Assembly (NCBI GenBank): GCA_000934665.2
Contig: JYFJ02003109.1
Span: forward strand, 1 to 46,306
Reading direction: 5' to 3'
Length of the DNA: 46,306 nt
Origin: Catajapyx aquilonaris
Taxonomy: Eukaryota
In this document: positions 1-12,304 of the stretch, piece by piece
Position numbering within the stretch: the stretch's first letter is position 1
Layout: each line of letters begins with the position of its first letter
Made by a program: the position numbers and the translations under genes
Notes under the pieces: model-generated
What the model was told of the DNA's origin: nothing
Databases searched by the model: none
The model's input: the letters and a program-made list of their open reading frames with translations, nothing else

Positions 1-1280
1 TTTCCGACAAAAATTTTCGCTGATGATAACATTCCTAGTGACCCAAAAAGAAGGCCAAACAGTGACTTATTTCGGGAATGTGTTTTCCGAAGTCAGTCTT
101 GAGTCTTGACAGCAATGTACTGAATCAAAATAAGCAGTTGTGAATCATAGATTTTTTCCGCCCACAATAGTAAGTGTAACTGTGTAAGGAGTAGCCTACT
201 ATTCTGCAAGTAGACTCACCTCAGCCTATATTGCTTATTGGAAATCAGCTAAATAAGGGGAATTTATGTAAGCAGTAGTATTGGTTGGACCACCATGTAT
301 AAGAAAATTGAGTTAATTTACTCTTGAATTTACTTATTCAAGTTTCCGGAAATTGACTTACTGAGACTTGAAAAGGATAAAGAAGCCCATCAAGTAACAC
401 GTTCTATGTGAAAAATTTTATATCAAGTTGGCCACCTTTTTTCCTTCACTGTCACCAATTTTTGCGATATTCGGTATAATTAATTTGCTGTACTAATAAT
501 CACGCATCTGTGGACGAAGAGGTTTTGCCATCATGTACAGATTGGTTGTTTATTTTCAGGGCGTGGTACATGGCAGATAATATCGCCATTTTCGAATGAG
601 GCCATAACTGACTTAAAGATGGAGATGACCAATCAATCCTAAGCTAAGTGTAGAGCGACACATTATTTTGCAGTCCCGTTTTACGCTATTTATTGTAAGA
701 AGTAGGCCTATTTGTTTTAATCCATTTCGAATATGTAACTCAAAATATAATTATGTTCCAATTGAAAATTTTAAAATTTTCTCATTTTGAATGCTTTAAT
801 TTTTTAATGGGGGCATCAAAACAACCTGGCTATGCCTTCTTTACAACACCAGGTGGTGAAAATGGAAAGCCATGCCGTTTGACAGCAGTGACACAAGAGT
901 ACACAGAGGTGTAGGTATCGTAATATTACCATATTAGACCCCTGTCCAAGCCATGTTTTGAAGTCAGAAATAACCTTATAACAGCCCTATGACACTCCTC
1001 GAATACGGTAGTGTAATAACTGTGTCACATTGTTCGCTAAGACGCCATCTTGTTCAAGGTGCAGCACTGCAGCTCCTGTGGTAGGTAGTCCGCGATTGGC
1101 TGGATCTTTCTTTCCTTCCGCAGACTTACCACTAGAGTGAGCCTTGAAAAACATGGCGGATAGCGAACAAAGTAGCGCCGCCCGCCAGCGCCAAATTCCC
1201 AGCCTTGCGATCACACAGTAATTAAACTACCGTAGCCATACAACTAGGGGGGGGGGGGGNGGGGGGAAGTGACATGGAGC

Positions 1281-1570
1281 TGATATAAATAAAGCCGTTT
1301 GGGATCATTCTGTCTGTCTGTCTGTCCGCCTGGAACGCCAACCGTCATTTGTCTGCCATCTGTGGTCCGCCTCCTACACCTACACCCTCTCCCGCCTGGA
1401 ACGCCGACCGTCATTTGCCTGCCATCTGTGGTCCGCCTCCTACACCTCCAACCTCTCCCGTCCCGGCCTTCCTTTAATTAAGATTCCTAATTACATGTAT
1501 TTTTTTGCCTGTCCTTTTCAGCTTGCTTTCCATTCGTTTCTTCCCGAGCAACGCCGGGTATCGCAGCTAG
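1281..1570 (+). mobile_element. Non-autonomous Helitron-like element, copy 1
   Basis: 5' ATATAAATAAAGCCGTTTG, (TCTG)n, internal ~66-nt tandem duplication, 3' hairpin CCCGAGCAACGCCGGG followed by CTAG|T. Homologous to 44412..44729. Confidence 0.7.
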
Positions 1571-2060
1571 TGACTCCTAAATCCTGCTTAGAGTGGAAAA
1601 AATTATCTTGATATTTCCGACAATTTTACACGCGGTCGCGTCGCCAGGAATGGTGGACATAGGCCTTGCTACCTGCGCCCAGAGCAGTGTAAAACAGCTG
1701 TAACTCGGTTAATTGTGATCGAATTAATTTTAATTTTCAATGTATATACACTAAGGTAATATACTCATGCTTACCCTGATGACTCTAAAAATTAATATTT
1801 TAATTATGTTTGGAAGTAATTGGTGTCTGGTTCAGCGGGTTCCGCTTGTGATGTTTTGCATTGCATTTTGCTCTTGGGCCCGAAAAAGCTACTTCCAATT
1901 GAAATATTTCTTTTATCTCAACATGTATAATTATGAAATATACGATATGTGTGACAAAATGCCGCTTCCATATTTAATATTTATTTATATAGATTGGTCC
2001 ACAAAGAAGTGAGATCATGGTGTCTAATTCCACTGCCACGATGTCCACCATTCCTGGCTA

Positions 2061-2506
2061 CACTCTTTCACGTGAACTCTTTTTTTTACTTAGCTTTCAA
2101 CAATTCCGCTGATTTTTTTGACATTTTCTAATTAGTACACTAACGAATATTTTCAATTGGCTTTGAAACATCTCTACACATTCCTCTTGATATTACTTCC
2201 AAAATGGACCAGAACGCCAAATGACTTCAATGACGCATTATCCTCCTGTCCACTTCCACCACATTTGATCACGATGAATCGATTGACTCGATTCCGTATT
2301 CGCGCTGCTGATTCCAAACAATAATTATGTTGATCTACTTTGGCTGTTTTGAGTGTCAAGTAAACATTCGAATTATTTTTTGAAACCCATTCAAAAATAC
2401 TTGTATAATATTTTATGAGCCTAAATTCGAGAATTTTTAATTTGAAAAATTCGGTGTTGGATTTTTTTAGAGATACGTAAGATAAATGGGTTCACGTGAA
2501 AGAGTG
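2061..2506. mobile_element. Non-autonomous TIR element
   Basis: 17-nt perfect inverted termini CACTCTTTCACGTGAAC / GTTCACGTGAAAGAGTG; TA present on the left flank only. Confidence 0.5.
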
Positions 2507-3943
2507 CGAAAAATATTTGGAAATCACATATCATTTTCAGAGAGAGATTTGAAAGGCTGTGTCACAAAATCGCCTAATCCGAGAGTAGGGACGAAAATGG
2601 GAGTGCATGAGAATAATCTTCTGTGTTCCCATTCCCAAGCTCGCGAGAAACAGCCGTAGCGAAAGCGTGAACGAATCCCATTGGTCGGCTGAATCCACAG
2701 ATGACTCCACGGACCAACAGGGCTCGAGAATTGGCTTCTCGTTCTCGCTCAGGCTTTCGGTCCCCAAAAGTTGACGGCGAGTTTCACAAATTCGGAGCTC
2801 GAAAAACGTGCGACACCAATTTGGAGAATTGTACTGAGCCTTACAGTTAGTTTTCTAGCTTAGTGTTTTCCGTTATAGCAGAAACTTGCCTCTTACGGAA
2901 AATGTTTGCGAGACGGTGCGATTCCGCTATATGAATAAGGTTTCACTGAAGTTATTTGTTTTTATTGCATTCATCGCAGCAACTTATTCCTACCCTGTCA
3001 CCCGTACCCCCCATTGAATGTGATTTTAGTGCGCCTTCTACAGTAAGTTTATATTCTAGACAGTAAGAATCGTTGCCACTGATTTCCTAATATATTATAC
3101 AGAGACTTTCATAAAATTATTTGGAAGCTCTTCCCATTATCGACTGCCGACCAATGGTCCTCAACGAAAGTACTCCCGATGAAAGTACCCAATATATTGC
3201 TTTAGCAGATTATCGTATTTGAAAGTGTCCAAAGCAAAAAGCCCCTTTCCAAAATTCCAAGCAAGTGGTCATTCTCATAAATGACCGACATTAGTAGTTG
3301 ATGTTCGGCTTATGTCGCATAACAAAGTGCATGTAAAGCAACAGGTGTTATTTGGGCTAGAGAGAGTCTTTCCCTTCTTTTTCTCTTCGTTTCTCTCGAT
3401 CCATCTATTCAACTTTGTATCTTCTAATAGAGCCATAGTTACTTTGGCTCCTTCCCACTCAAACCAAACAAACTGCAGTATATACCACAGAGCCGCCAAG
3501 AGCAAACAAGGCCATATATTCAGAACTAAGCCACACTGGCAGTAGGCGCATATAAAAAAGGAGCAATACCGTAGCCTATACAGCTTTTATGCTAAATGTG
3601 ATTTGTATGCATATTTTGCAGACTAATCTAAATTAGTGAACAGAAATATATTCAGTCCATCATGAGTTTCTCCAACACACCCCAGGATGTAATTAATTGT
3701 TTCGAAAAACATTGCCTTTTCTTTACTGTCCCGGTCGATTGGCCATTTCCAAACAAACTTCGGGATAGGCGGTTGGGCATATCGTATGTCGCGTGTGGAC
3801 TTCATGTTGTTATGTCTTTCCGAAGTTTGGTACAAATTTAGCCCAGGGTCTGAGAAGTCAAGTTTATTTTGAGTAAAGTTTACAGTGTTGACGCCATTGG
3901 GAGTTCTCCATTTTCGGCCCTATTATTTTCCATGCCCTTCACA

Positions 3944-4190
3944 CACGGTAAGTAATGCCAGATAACGGTGACGTACGCGCCCACGAATGGAAGGGTCTCT
4001 GGTTCGATCCCAAGCTTGGGATTTACCCCCTTCCTCTCGTTCAGAGTTGGGTCGTCTCTGTCTTTGTCTCAGGTGGAATAACCACCCCTGAGGGGAAATC
4101 ACAACTACACTGCACTTGCACTTTGCACTTCCCCTCCAGCCCAACCTGCCCATGGACCCGGGAGTTTCGCAAAAATGTATAAATAATAAA
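3944..4190 (+). mobile_element. tRNA-derived SINE, family B (degraded)
   Basis: B-box GGTTCGATCCC; body (ACGTACGCGCCCACG...CAGAGTTGGGTCGTCTCTG...GAATAACCACCC) shared with 43246..43563 on the - strand. Boundaries approximate. Confidence 0.6.
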
Positions 4191-4634
4191 GGTAGGTGCT
4201 AAACTTCTTTGAGGTAGCCTACAGACTATACCCAATATAATCATTATTATAGGTCACATATTTAAACTTCCTTCGCAACATAATCAGGTGAACAGAATAG
4301 TAATAAGCCACTACTGTTGCAAAGCAATGGCCTGAGGAAAATTCAAGTTGACGAATACAGGAGCTAATATCCTGTACAACAGGTACTCCTCTCACACGCT
4401 CCACTGTAACATGTGGTCCATGTAGGTGTGTCTGATTACCCAGAATCTAAAGAGGGTGAAAAAAATGGCCCTTTTAGATCGATCGTGGTCTTGTATATAT
4501 GGTTTGTAGGGAGGGGTATAGTGGGAGGGAGAGTGGGAGTGGGAGGAAATAAGGGAGGGAGGAGCTATTTCGCAACGGGGAAAGTAGACAGATGTACGCC
4601 CACGAGGGGTATAGGAGTCGCCACCTTCGCGGGC

Positions 4635-4670
4635 CTTAAAACCCTCAAGATGAGGCGCTTGAATGTCAGT
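4635..4670 (+). promoter_or_regulatory. Candidate CCHa1 core promoter (TATA-like CTTAAAA plus arthropod Inr TCAGT)
   Basis: TTAAAA starts at 4636, 32 nt before the A of TCAGT (4666-4670), which is 185 nt upstream of the ATG. Confidence 0.4.
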
Positions 4671-4852
4671 AGGTATCCCAATCGCATATCCGGCATATCC
4701 GCAAAGGAAGGACCAATTAGAGCCTTCCCTCCGCCCGCCAAACAAGACCAGCGAGGAAAGAAAACAGAAAAAAACCATCCTGCAAATCACTTTTGCAACT
4801 TGTAACCTGTAGCCTGCTGTTTGACATTCTGTAGTTCTTGAGCCGCCTCACC

Positions 4853-4916
4853 ATGTCGTCGTTCCTCATGATTTTCTACGGGTGCCTTTTCTGCTCCATG
4901 CTACACAACACTGCAG
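4853..4916 (+). CDS. CCHa1: CCHa1 coding exon 1 (signal peptide)
   Basis: Kozak-like CACCATG start; hydrophobic MSSFLMIFYGCLFCSMLHNTA; phase-1 donor CAG|gtgaga compatible with exon 2. Confidence 0.78.
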
Positions 4917-7900
4917 GTGAGAACTCTTTTGCAAGTACGATTGTTTCAAATGCAATATGTGCACTTTTACAGGGTTTTTAATGTCAAATTCATTTCTATG
5001 CGAGGTATGACGTCTTGTTGGAACCTTTTTTGCATGTAAATTTGTCATTTTGTTGGGTTTGTTGCAAATAGGGACTTTGCAAGTGGGGAGGGAAACGCAC
5101 AGAGTTGACGCGAGATTCTGCACCTGTTGCTGTCGGTTGCTGTGTACAAGGATTCAAGTTGGAAATCTTTATTGCGGAGTTTCAGTGATAACAAACAATT
5201 AGGGTGCAATCACAGTTCAGTTCAGCAGATATTCTATTTTTCAATGGTAAGATGAATTAGCAGTGTATGGCTTTTCAAATGGTAGGTGTCTGCCTGTGCG
5301 TAACAATTAATATCAACTTTTGATGTAGCCTATCCCAGCAAATAATTTCAGTGACATCGTAGTCATTATTGTTATTAATCTCGGAGGTGTGGCATAAACT
5401 TGAAATTACCTTCCAAATCACCCACTACTGGTCGTCATGCCATACATTTCTTCATTATACAGAAAGGCATTGCTGCCCTTTGACAATAATTATGACAAAT
5501 TATAGGAATGGGTTTGCCAAAAAGGAGGTCACATTTGAAGCAAAAATTATTACCTGCCATACTTGCAATGTACGTTTTTGGCCGAATATGAAAATAGTGT
5601 TCCCAGTCCTGCAACAACCATAAAACCAACGTCAGCAACACTGCCGCACTGAAGCATTTAACCTGCCGGTTCCATCGTCTCATGTAACCAAATAATGTCA
5701 TCAAACATTCGCTTAAGCAGTAAAATAATACCGGCGCAAATCCCGCTTGAAAAAAACGCATTAAGTCATTAAGATTACAACCGCACTAAAAGTGGCCTTT
5801 AAAATGTTGCACTCAATGAATGTTAGCCTCCGCAGGTAAATCGAGCCTTGAAAAAATGTGCTCGACTTTTTTCCTGTAAAGTCTGAAAGAGCAGTCGTTT
5901 AGGAAGCCATTGTGTCACCTAGTTGAGACTTTTAATGGGATTGTAAGGTTGTAACGGAGGGTGTCTTGTTACGACAGCTGACCATGCAAAGCGACAAATG
6001 CGATAGGAATTAGCACTCTCTACTAAGGCTAAAAAGGGCATGTTTTATTCAGCGAGGGTTTCCCGTCAGGGCAAGCACTGTCATCATCACTTTGTAATTG
6101 GAGTGAATGCATACCGTATATTGGGTTATCTGGCTGGAAAGCAGCAAAAATCATTTGGGAACTGCAAAATTTGTGCCACCTTTACCGATCTAGCTGCTAC
6201 CAAATCGTTATACTATTAGCATAACCAAGAGCGACCCAAGAGCTTGCCCCTTTGACTCTACATTATTTTGGCCAAAAGGGTGACTTAAATCTTCTTCCTG
6301 AAAGCTACGAAATGTGAGACACGTGGGTGTTAGTGGAGCTATTAAGTTGGAAATAGAGGTCCATGAACATGTATCGGGCCATTGCTACATAGTGTGGAAT
6401 GCAATACATACCCTGCTGAATATTGCACAGATTTTACCTTGTGATGGAGCTCTCTGCGATTTTTCTTGCTGTTGTTGGGGGCATATAGTCATGTGTGTTC
6501 CTCCCAGAAAACACAAAAATAACAATAGTAAACATCAAGCCATTTTTTTGTGAATTCTGCCTCTGGTGCAAAAGTAAGCAAGGAAAACTACTAGTGCAAG
6601 TAACTTATAATATGGATTAATATTTTGAGCATCCTGATGAAAACCTAATCAAGATAGGATCCAATTGACATATGACTGAATTACCCTAACAGCTAACAGA
6701 TTAGAAAAAGAAAGGTCACTTATGGAGAAGTTTCACTGTCCATTTTGGATGGAGTAACTAATTGATGAATCTGTTTCAGTATACTTAATAGTAAATTACG
6801 CGAATGGCTCCAAAAGTATCATATTGCTACTTTATTCTAATTTTGACCCAATGTTAAATTTACGAAAGCTTTCTAAGAGTCACAGAACTGCGCCTGGTCC
6901 CACAGGACAACTGAGTGGTTGTTTGTGTGTTCCTAATATACTCGACCTTGCTGAAGGTAGAGGCGTGAATTTTTGTGAAACGATGCTGAACGTACTGGTA
7001 AGTTTCACGTAAAAAATGGAAGAGAATTATATTACCTTGAAATCTATAAAGGGTGTATCTGAACTCAGTGCCCCGACGTATATGACTGCCTTCCTAGCCA
7101 CCAGAGGATCAACTTATGTAGAGGAGTCATTATGTCTGGGCAGCCTCATTACTGAGATACACTCTTTAGCGATTTTTGCCTAATCGCTCCTTCTGACTTT
7201 TAAATAGAATTTTCTGGTGTAACTAGCCAAAGAGGCCTTACCACCTGTGGGCAACAAACCAACAAAGTCCCGCCCTCAGACCTTCCAGAGCCTTCTGACT
7301 GGGGGAGGGTTCGATGGGTGGCCTAACCGACAGGATATTTTGTACTACATGTTTGCGGCCAATTATCTCCGTAATGCGGCGGCCAAACATAATGACTCCT
7401 ATACTTAAATCGATCCTCTGGTGGCTAGGAAGGGAGTCATATACGTCGGGGCACTGAATTCAGATACACCCTGTATAGACACCTAAAGAAAATATTATTC
7501 AGGAGGTTGTGCGTATACTTGTCATGACTTTTCCGGGCAACATTGCTGTCGACATGTATTGGTGTAAGTGTCAATAATATTAATTAATTATTGAGATCAT
7601 TATGTTGTACTAAAATCTCCCGCCGCAAGTCAAAATGATATGCAGTTTACACATATGCACTTTTCCAACAACTGTCAGGAAAAAATGCTGCCGTTTGACC
7701 TGCCACCACTCGAGTTCAAGTGACCTTATCAACCACTAAATATACGACCCTATAATGAGATTTTCTCCTCTTTCTAGTGCACTATGCCAATTGTTTCTAA
7801 GTGCAACAGGAAAGGAAAGGAGTAGGGTTGAGAGGCATCGCGGAAAACGGGAGGGTGAGTAGTGGCCAGGGGCAGTGGCTGTGTCGCAAACGCAAGGCTG

Positions 7901-10900
7901 CAAGTATTGATCTTTTGGATTTCGTAATGACAGACTGCATGTGGCAGGGGAAGGGATATGCTGTACCAAACTAACCTAACCTAACCTTCCTTCCTTGCGG
8001 ATACAGAACTATCTTCAGCGGATACACGCCTATCCTTCAGCCTGCCTGCTCCGTGTTTGTGACACAGCTACTGCCCCCAGCCACCACCAACCGCCCCGGC
8101 CGTCGTCGGTGGCGGCGTGTTAACCTAGCAAACCTACTCTATCCGAAAATGAGGAATGCCGAAATAGGTTTTGAAATAGGTGGTCGGAGGATGTGACACC
8201 AGAGTGACGCTTATTTCGTGAGGAGCGGGTCAGGTCAACTGTGTGCCAGGGAAAGATCACGATGATGCGGTCGGGGGCAAGGGGGAACACAAGGTCGGTC
8301 TTACTGGCCTCTAATACTGTGCGGATGATAACCGGGAAAAAACGGGCGCACATTAATTGCGTGGTTCAGATTTGTGTTTCTCGCTGCGGCCGACCGGATT
8401 TAACGTCATAATAACTATGCAGCCTTGTGTGCCCATGCCTGATGCCGGCCAGGAAAGGCAGTGCGTATTACCATCTGGGAGCAAACCAATCCGCAAATAA
8501 ACCAATTAACTTCAAAATAAGGTATTTAATGCTAAAAATGGGTATGCTACTGTATGTAACAAAAAGGCAATGATCTTAAAATAAATCATTAACTGTATTC
8601 GACTCACTACATAATATTATGCAAAGGTATACCGTAGACTATGTGACATAGTGTACATCCGGATAGATCTTTTTCTGCATTCACTATTATATTCACTGAG
8701 GCTTCCAATAAACACTCAACTTCTCAGTGAGACTTTATATTTGACTGTGAGTAGTAGGCATACAGGCTACATTAGGCTACAGTCAGTACAGTGTAACATC
8801 AAAACATGCAGTGAAGCAAAATTAATCAAGAGATGTGCAAGTAAAGGTGAGCCCTCCCCCCTCCCCCCCCCCCATCCTTATCATCATGAAACCCACATAT
8901 GCCCTCCCCGCTCCCATCGTGTCATTATTACCCCCATTTCCACCCATCCTGAACTAGCGGTGACCCTGCTTTTCCTCACTAGTCTGCCGACGTGTGTGTT
9001 GTCTCGATTGTACCCACGTGATCACTAGTTCTCTCTTCATTGACAGCTTTCATATGTTATATCGTTTTGCAGAGTACTCCTGCTTTTCGTCCTGCATTTT
9101 GCCATTTATTACTATCGGCTTAAAATCGCCTAGAATTCCCGGAAGACCGTGAAAAAAAAAATACTGTCGAGTGCGCAAAGAGACGCCGTGACATTCATAA
9201 TATCCAATAAAATGCATTTTGTCCAAAGTGCATAATTATACTGTATAGCGTTTTGCCATGTGGCGGGAGATATGCTTCATACAAAATCTCAGAATAGGAA
9301 ACAACAAAGTAAATAAGACTAATGGCCGGTTTCACCGAGCCCGGTTTTGTTAAAACCCCCGGTTCTTTTGGAAAATTCCTATTTGCAGGGTTTTCCGAAA
9401 GATTCCGATCAAAACCGGACTCGGTGAAACCGGCCCTAAACAACATAAGGGACAGTTACGATTGGAAATGTGGCACTATCTGTCTCGCTTTTTTCTCCCT
9501 ACTTTCAGCAACCAGCCAGAAACTCAGCATGAGTGTATCAATTCAGAAAGAAATAATAATTGCTTGCAATATTCCTTATAGTTCAGCCAATGCCATTAAT
9601 CGCACGTTTAGACGAAGTGAAACAAAAATATATTATAAGGTTTGTGTAGCCTACCAGCTGAACTCGGGGTTTATTTCCGATTGTTCAATACCTTCTTGAA
9701 TACCATGACACTTCCAAGTACTTTTATAATGGGACCATAGTTTTTCCTACGGCACATAAAATGGCAAATATTTAAAAATGTGCCTAATGAGTCAACATCT
9801 TCGGCAGCAGATCAGAGGCGTACTATCACATTCCTCTGGGCGTGCAATACCACAATAGTGGACAACACACGGCACCAGTATCATTTTCCCCGAAGTGCAT
9901 GCTGGGATCGATTCACTGATACACATTAAACCATGTCGAACACTGCGTGTGTCTCCCAGTAAACCAATATTGGAGTGCCTCGTGACGCCTCTGAGACCTA
10001 CACACTACACTGGGAGTTTCAACTGCACTGAGCCTACAAACCTCATTTTTTTCTATTCGCCGAAAAATAAAAAAATAAACACAGTGAATGAATTATCATT
10101 GCTCCCAGCTCATGGAGCTCATGGATGCAAAGTGAGTTTAACAGTGTATTACTCACTTTGCATAATGTAGTCCATACTCTTTGCTTTTTCAGATAATATG
10201 AGCATATAAGTGATGGCCCCTTCCCCCTTATGATTTAGTAGTCTAATATGAAGACCAAGATGCAATAAGGGCCCATCTGTCAATTTTTACGGAAATGCTT
10301 TTATGGCATAAATTATGGTACTTCCTCTGGTGGATGTCCATCCGTATAAAATGCAAGAAGAGCCGAAATGTCACTAGTGACGCCTGAAAAAGGCTTCTAA
10401 CCATTGAAGAACCTAAACGCGATTTCTGGATAGCAGTGACAAACGTGATTGACACTAGAAAAGCGCGATTTTAATACACTACTAGTGACCCGGGATTTGA
10501 AAATAGCAGTGATTTTTAAGCGCGACGTGATTTTTGTCTAAGCGCTACTTCTAAAGGAGATGCGTTACTTTACGATTAGAACGTTCCCCTCTGAGGAGCA
10601 GTGGTAAACCCAGTGGAAATAAAGTAGACTTGTGAGTCTGTATGCCACCAAAAAATCTTTGACCTACGCCCTCGGGAAGTGGTCGAAAATGGCCGCTACT
10701 TTATAAGGTAGACCTAGGTGGTAAGGCATGGGAGACAAAAAAAAACATTAAATATTCAATTAAATATGTGTAATTACTCCGAGGCGAATACTATGTCTCC
10801 TGCATATCATAATAATTCATTAATTTTATCCTGAGACGGGTTTTTCTCCATATTTAAGCCAAATGAATGATACAATGCAATAAGGGCCCAATTGTGAGCA

Positions 10901-12244
10901 TTAAAAGTATTTAAATAAATTAAATATAAATTACATGGACATTTTTGAAAGTGCTGTCAGGTATTCATGTTGTACATATCTGTCATTAGGTTTAGAGCAC
11001 AATTGCCTACCATGAACAGAAACAGAAATAAATAGGGTTTTTTCGCTTCCTGGACATTTTTGAATTGTGGTCTTCACATTGCCTGCCAACAATGGATTTG
11101 AAAATAGGAAAAGGGCCATTCTTTCAAGTCAGATCCCTTATAAGTACGAATCCACTTTGGTCAACCAACTCGATAACTGAGAAATGTATGAGGTTGTGCA
11201 AGGCGTGGGTTGATATACGGAACACCCTGTATAATTATGCCAAGCATTTGACACAAAATACCTAGGAAATTATCATAGGAAGACATGACAACTCCGCGTC
11301 TTGCCAAACTTTTCATCGCCCTTGGTTATCGCGTTGAGTTGTCCGGAATGGGTAGCATTCAAGCAGGTTGATGGGTTCGATCAGCATTTGAACAGAAAAT
11401 GCACTCTGGTAGGCCCCATTTGAACATTCTGCTATAGTTGTAGGGTGGTCTCCCGGTTGAAGTATCCTATACAAAGTATAGGAAATTGCTCAAGTAGTTA
11501 AAGAGTTAACATTCTTCATGATGAGAAATATTGTAATTTCCAGGCATAGCATTGCGATTATCAGTAACTTACTACGTATTCCTCGAACATCCATACAATT
11601 TGTAATTTACCGTCATTAACATACGTAGTTGCGCTACACGGAGAAATGATTCTGGGTATTTTCCAAGTCAGTCTTACAAGTGGTTTGTCAGGAAATTATT
11701 AGAGTACTGTGCTTAATAAATATACAGTAATTTTACACCGGGTGTGTCACAATGGTTCCGACAACGTCCTATAGGGTGAACTTGTGCTGAGCACCAGCAG
11801 ATCACTGTAGTAGTGTAGTGTCATCTGGAATCTGCAAGTCTCGTTACCGATATAATGAGGCTTAAATGCAAGGAGTAACTGCCAAGAATTCCACTCCTTC
11901 CCAGTAACTTCGCATTTGGTTGAGAATATCTTTTAGCGTCACCATGAAAAATACTGCGCTCTTTGAGGGCGACACGGTGGCCGAGTGGTTAGCGCCGCAG
12001 CCTTCCACCCCTAAGGTCCCGAGCTCGATCCCCGGGTCGGACGGAGGATACTTATGTGAATAGAGTTTCGATGGGTTCTCTCCGTGTTCGCGTGGGTTTT
12101 CTCGGGGTTCTCCCGTTTCCTCCCACTATCAAAATCCATCACATTACAGGCAAATGATTAAAGTCGGGTATTCAAAAGATCTGATGATCCCCTAAGAGGC
12201 CCAAGGGGCCTATCACGGGGTATATATTATTATTATTATTATTA

Positions 12245-12304
<60 letters not shown>

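Noticed and set aside
1247..1266. Poly-G as a functional element
   Set aside because: It contains an ambiguous base (n at 1260), so its length is unreliable.
4392..4805. Overlapping 130-aa and 132-aa ORFs
   Set aside because: They span the CCHa1 promoter and 5' UTR and have no recognisable motif.
7969..7986. Telomeric (TTAGG)n tract (also about 20483-20512)
   Set aside because: Only about three units, embedded in a degraded inverted-repeat relic; not a telomere.
10260..10890. Element bounded by a 16-nt direct repeat (ATGCAATAAGGGCCCA)
   Set aside because: The repeat is real, but the interior shows no tail, TIR or homologue in the window, so it cannot be classified.
11968..12045. tRNA gene
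   Set aside because: It continues into a SINE body and tail and is bounded by a TSD.
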